DNA from: an uncultured virus (IMG/VR IMGVR_UViG_3300010160_000038)
Lineage: Duplodnaviria > Heunggongvirae > Uroviricota > Caudoviricetes
IMG/VR virus record: IMGVR_UViG_3300010160_000038
DNA length: 20,000 nucleotides
Strand: one strand, 5' to 3'
The notes under the pieces are model-generated. The model worked only from the letters and a program-made list of their open reading frames with translations, searched no databases and was not told where the DNA came from. This document shows, one piece after another, positions 17,219 to 20,000 of the stretch. Each line of letters starts with the position of its first letter. Positions within the stretch are counted from its first letter, which is position 1. A program made the position numbers and the translations under genes.

Positions 17219-17608
17219 TTAAATTAATTTTTCAATTTTCCAATTTCTTGAATGTTTTGATATATTTTCATTAAAAAATGAATTTATTGAATTTGATATT
17301 TTATCATTAAGATTAAAAGTGTATAAACTTTCTAATATATCTGAATATTTATTAACCAAATCCTCATTTTCTATGATGAATGTTTTATTACTTGTTTTTA
17401 GTTCTATATATTTATTTTTCAAATCTATTGTAAGTCCTATTGATTTAGTATCATAATATTTAAATAGATTTATATTATCTAAATCATTTTTTATATTTAA
17501 ATAAATATAATATCTCCTATATCCATTTTTTATACTTTTATTTAAAATAATATCTTCATTATTTATATTATCAATAAAATATTTGAATAATTTATCTAAA
17601 TCGTCCAT
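17219..17608 (-). CDS. Hypothetical protein with C-terminal RNWKIEKLI motif
   Basis: 129 aa; first gene of the apparent 17608-15225 operon; AAAC-N16-TATAA upstream (17617-17641). Confidence 0.7.
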   Translation of the reverse strand: MDDLDKLFKYFIDNINNEDIILNKSIKNGYRRYYIYLNIKNDLDNINLFKYYDTKSIGLTIDLKNKYIELKTSNKTFIIENEDLVNKYSDILESLYTFNLNDKISNSINSFFNENISKHSRNWKIEKLI

Positions 17609-17640
17609 ATCTTATTTTATAATAAATAATTATAAATGTT

Positions 17641-18084
17641 TTAAACATTTGCTTTTAAAAATGAAAAAACTTGTTCTAAAGCTTCATTTGATGATGATAT
17701 ATGATCAGATGCCCAATCATGTTCAGATAAAATTTTATCTACTTTATTTGAATCCATTTTTAATAATTCTTCTATCATATTTTTCATATTTTCTAAATTT
17801 TGGAAAAACATATAATTATCAATATTTTCATTAAATGATTTTAATGTTTTTGCTAAATTAAGTTGTTTAAATTTTTTCAAATCACTTTTAGATAATCCTT
17901 GTATTCCTTTTTTATCAGGATCTTTATCTTTATCTTTTAATTCTTTAAGTTCATTTTCTATTTCAATTGATGATATTTTTTCATCTTCTTTTTTATGTAG
18001 TTTTTTTCTTAATGAACCTGGATTTTTTATAGCATTTTTAATCCATTTCTTTTCATTGAAATCTTCGAAATTTAAAATATTCAT
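17641..18084 (-). CDS. Two-module hypothetical protein (basic KWIKNAIKNPGSLR module plus HDWASDHI module)
   Basis: Starts MNILNFEDFNEK; modules are joined at KSFNEN; AATATATA upstream. Confidence 0.75.
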   Translation of the reverse strand: MNILNFEDFNEKKWIKNAIKNPGSLRKKLHKKEDEKISSIEIENELKELKDKDKDPDKKGIQGLSKSDLKKFKQLNLAKTLKSFNENIDNYMFFQNLENMKNMIEELLKMDSNKVDKILSEHDWASDHISSSNEALEQVFSFLKANV

Positions 18085-18151
18085 AATTTTATTTTTATTT
18101 TTATTATATATTAAAAATTAAATATTATATTTGTTATATAAAGAAATTATT

Positions 18152-18697
18152 ATGAGTGGTAGAGTGATGATAGTAACCCTTACTAAGGACGATGAAGTAG
18201 AAAGAATAGCTGCAACAAGAATTACACAAGAAGAACTTGAATTTGTTAATAGTTGTATGAGTGAAGATAATTATGTTGGATTAAGAATTGACACTGAAAC
18301 TGGTAATATTCATTGGTCAGATGGTGATAAAGATTTTTGGATTTTATTTATTGATAATAATGAAATATATTCTAAATTAGAAAATATAATTTTATCATGT
18401 TATGGTGGTTTAAATGATGTTGAAATTAAAGATGCCACATTAGATGTATTACATAATAGAATTGATTTGACTAAATATGGAGTTTTAGAAATGAATTGTG
18501 GTCAAATGTATGAAATTTTTAGAATTGAAAATTTAGATAAAGATATTGTTTTGGATAAAATTAATTTATATGGAGTTGAATCATTAACAAAACAAGATAT
18601 TAAAATATTAAATGATCAAGATATAGATATAAATGATTTTGTTGATGATTGGATGGAAAAATTTAAAGAAAAAGATTTAGATGATGATAGTGAATAA
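18152..18697 (+). CDS. Acidic hypothetical protein with DUF6576-like motif
   Basis: ATG at 18152 preferred because TTG 18131 lies within the TATATTTG element at 18126-18133. Contains KDIVLDKINLYGVESLTKQDIKIL. Confidence 0.7.
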   Translation: MSGRVMIVTLTKDDEVERIAATRITQEELEFVNSCMSEDNYVGLRIDTETGNIHWSDGDKDFWILFIDNNEIYSKLENIILSCYGGLNDVEIKDATLDVLHNRIDLTKYGVLEMNCGQMYEIFRIENLDKDIVLDKINLYGVESLTKQDIKILNDQDIDINDFVDDWMEKFKEKDLDDDSE

Positions 18698-18700
18698 AAT

Positions 18701-18732
18701 AAAAAAAGCCTCTTTAAGAGGCTTTTTTTTTT
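18701..18732. terminator. Bidirectional intrinsic terminator
   Basis: AAAAAAAGCCTCT-TTA-AGAGGCTTTTTTTT between convergent genes. Confidence 0.85.
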
Positions 18733-18734
18733 AA

Positions 18735-19112
18735 TTAATTTCCTTTGTAAGCGCCTTCAGCTCCTGTTCCAGAATCTGGTCCACCATAAGCACCAACATC
18801 TTCCCATTTACCTTTGTCGTTTTTCTTAACTGTTTTTGCTTTTAAAACTGTTTTAGCGATATCTTCTTCAGTTACAGTAGAAGCTTCTGCTTTACCATTT
18901 AAGAAAGCTGCAACAGATGGTGCGTTATTAGCTGCAACATCTTTTCTATCTCCTAAACTAGCTGCAAAATCATTAAATTTACCAGCTAAAGCTTTTTTCT
19001 CCATTGATACATCAGAAAAAATATCTTTGATTAAAGTTTGGTTATCTTTAAATCCCATGAAATTTAATTCTTCATTAGTTTTAAAACTTTCAAATGTTTT
19101 TAAATGTTTCAT
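18735..19112 (-). CDS. Ala/Lys-rich protein with N-terminal targeting-like peptide (probable abundant internal head protein)
   Basis: Starts MKHLKTFESFKTNEE; own promoter motif (19138-19145) and own terminator. Confidence 0.75.
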   Translation of the reverse strand: MKHLKTFESFKTNEELNFMGFKDNQTLIKDIFSDVSMEKKALAGKFNDFAASLGDRKDVAANNAPSVAAFLNGKAEASTVTEEDIAKTVLKAKTVKKNDKGKWEDVGAYGGPDSGTGAEGAYKGN

Positions 19113-19144
19113 ATTTATTATTATTTTTTTTATATACTATATAT

Positions 19145-20000
19145 TTATATTTTTTTATCAAAAATATACAAATCATATAATGTATTCCCTTTTACATTTT
19201 TAATACTTTTTAATACATCACCTGTTATAGAATCTAAAACTCTATAAACTCCTATATTATCACCTTTTTCTGTTAGTATCTTAACTGTATTATTTGGTTG
19301 TCCTAATGCACCAAGAACTGCAATATATTTATTTCCATAAATACTTTTTAGAAATGATATTCTAAGAGCTGTTGTGTCTTTTAAATCTTTTATATATTGA
19401 TTTTCCATTACATTTAATAAATCTAATTCAGTATCAGTTGTTTTGACTCTAATTGTTGAGAATTTATTATTATTTGAAGAATCCATTGTAACTTCTTCTC
19501 TATTTTGAATTTTATTTTGATTTACTAAATTTTGTTGATTTCTTCTAATTTCATTAAAATCAGCTCTAGCAATTATACCACCTCTCATTCCTTTATCATT
19601 CATATTGTAACCAGCAGGTGCTAATCTATAAAATGATCCTGTAAATGTTATTGATAAAATCCTATCTGCTCTAAACATTCTCCATATTTTAGTAATATGT
19701 CTTTTTTGTGAAACTGAATAACCATTTAAATGCCATCCACGAAGTAAAGTTTTACCTCTTGATGAACGACCTAATACTAATGGGTATAATACTCTCTCAT
19801 GGCCTGCAAAGTGACCATCTTGTGCACCTTTATAATTTATAAGAAAAATCATACCATATTTAATGGCTTTAATCATGATATCATCAGAATATTTAATTGG
19901 CTCATTAATTGGGATATTAGCAATTTCTTTAACATCCTTTAAAGAAAATCTAGGTATGTATTCCAAATCCTCTAAAAGTTTATAATCTCTTTTAATAACA
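19145..20000 (-). CDS. WYL-domain-like protein (5' end outside the window)
   Basis: AIKYGMIFLINY...ERVLYPLVLG...LLRGW...WRMFRADRILSI is a WYL/Sm-like pattern. The frame stays open past TTG 19966 to the window edge. Confidence 0.65.
   Translation of the reverse strand, partial: VIKRDYKLLEDLEYIPRFSLKDVKEIANIPINEPIKYSDDIMIKAIKYGMIFLINYKGAQDGHFAGHERVLYPLVLGRSSRGKTLLRGWHLNGYSVSQKRHITKIWRMFRADRILSITFTGSFYRLAPAGYNMNDKGMRGGIIARADFNEIRRNQQNLVNQNKIQNREEVTMDSSNNNKFSTIRVKTTDTELDLLNVMENQYIKDLKDTTALRISFLKSIYGNKYIAVLGALGQPNNTVKILTEKGDNIGVYRVLDSITGDVLKSIKNVKGNTLYDLYIFDKKI

Noticed and set aside
17583..17834. Plus-strand 83-aa ORF
   Set aside because: Overlaps two better-supported minus-strand genes.
18814..19203. 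Plus-strand 129-aa ORF
   Set aside because: Antisense to 18735-19112, which has a tag, a promoter motif and a terminator.
1..20000. CRISPR array, tRNA, rRNA or IS element
   Set aside because: No regularly spaced direct repeats, cloverleaf or transposase motifs were seen, and intergenic gaps are too short.
1..20000. Eukaryotic giant virus or archaeal origin (polB intein, PCNA-like protein, Zn-repeat nuclease)
   Set aside because: The DnaG-type primase, UvsY-like gene, intrinsic terminators, ATGA gene overlaps and Bacteroidota promoter motifs point to a bacteriophage.

Overview
Very AT-rich, densely coding segment with frequent strand switches. It is most consistent with a large T4-like (jumbo) tailed phage infecting a Bacteroidota host: there are no Shine-Dalgarno motifs, TAnnTTTG promoters are present, and the M42 peptidase, AtpZ/AtpI and DUF6576-like sequences look Bacteroidota-type. 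Replication genes are dispersed among many small ORFs: a DnaG/gp61-like primase, the C-terminal half of a split family B DNA polymerase with a mini-intein, a probable sliding clamp and a UvsY-like protein. The strongest signal is in the polymerase. Its catalytic motif B (QLAL|KLVLNGEYG) is interrupted by a 40-nt out-of-frame insert containing a stop codon and a perfect GC-rich hairpin, flanked by synonymous Leu codons and preceded by a second long stem-loop. This is a candidate programmed ribosomal bypass (hop) element. Other signals: about 11 proteins share an N-terminal peptide resembling the T4 capsid-targeting sequence, three promoter classes track gene function, several small proteins share a C-terminal R-x-x-K-I-x-x-(I/L) motif, and there is a free-standing Zn-repeat/Vsr-like endonuclease. 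All family assignments come from motif recognition by eye, not database searches.
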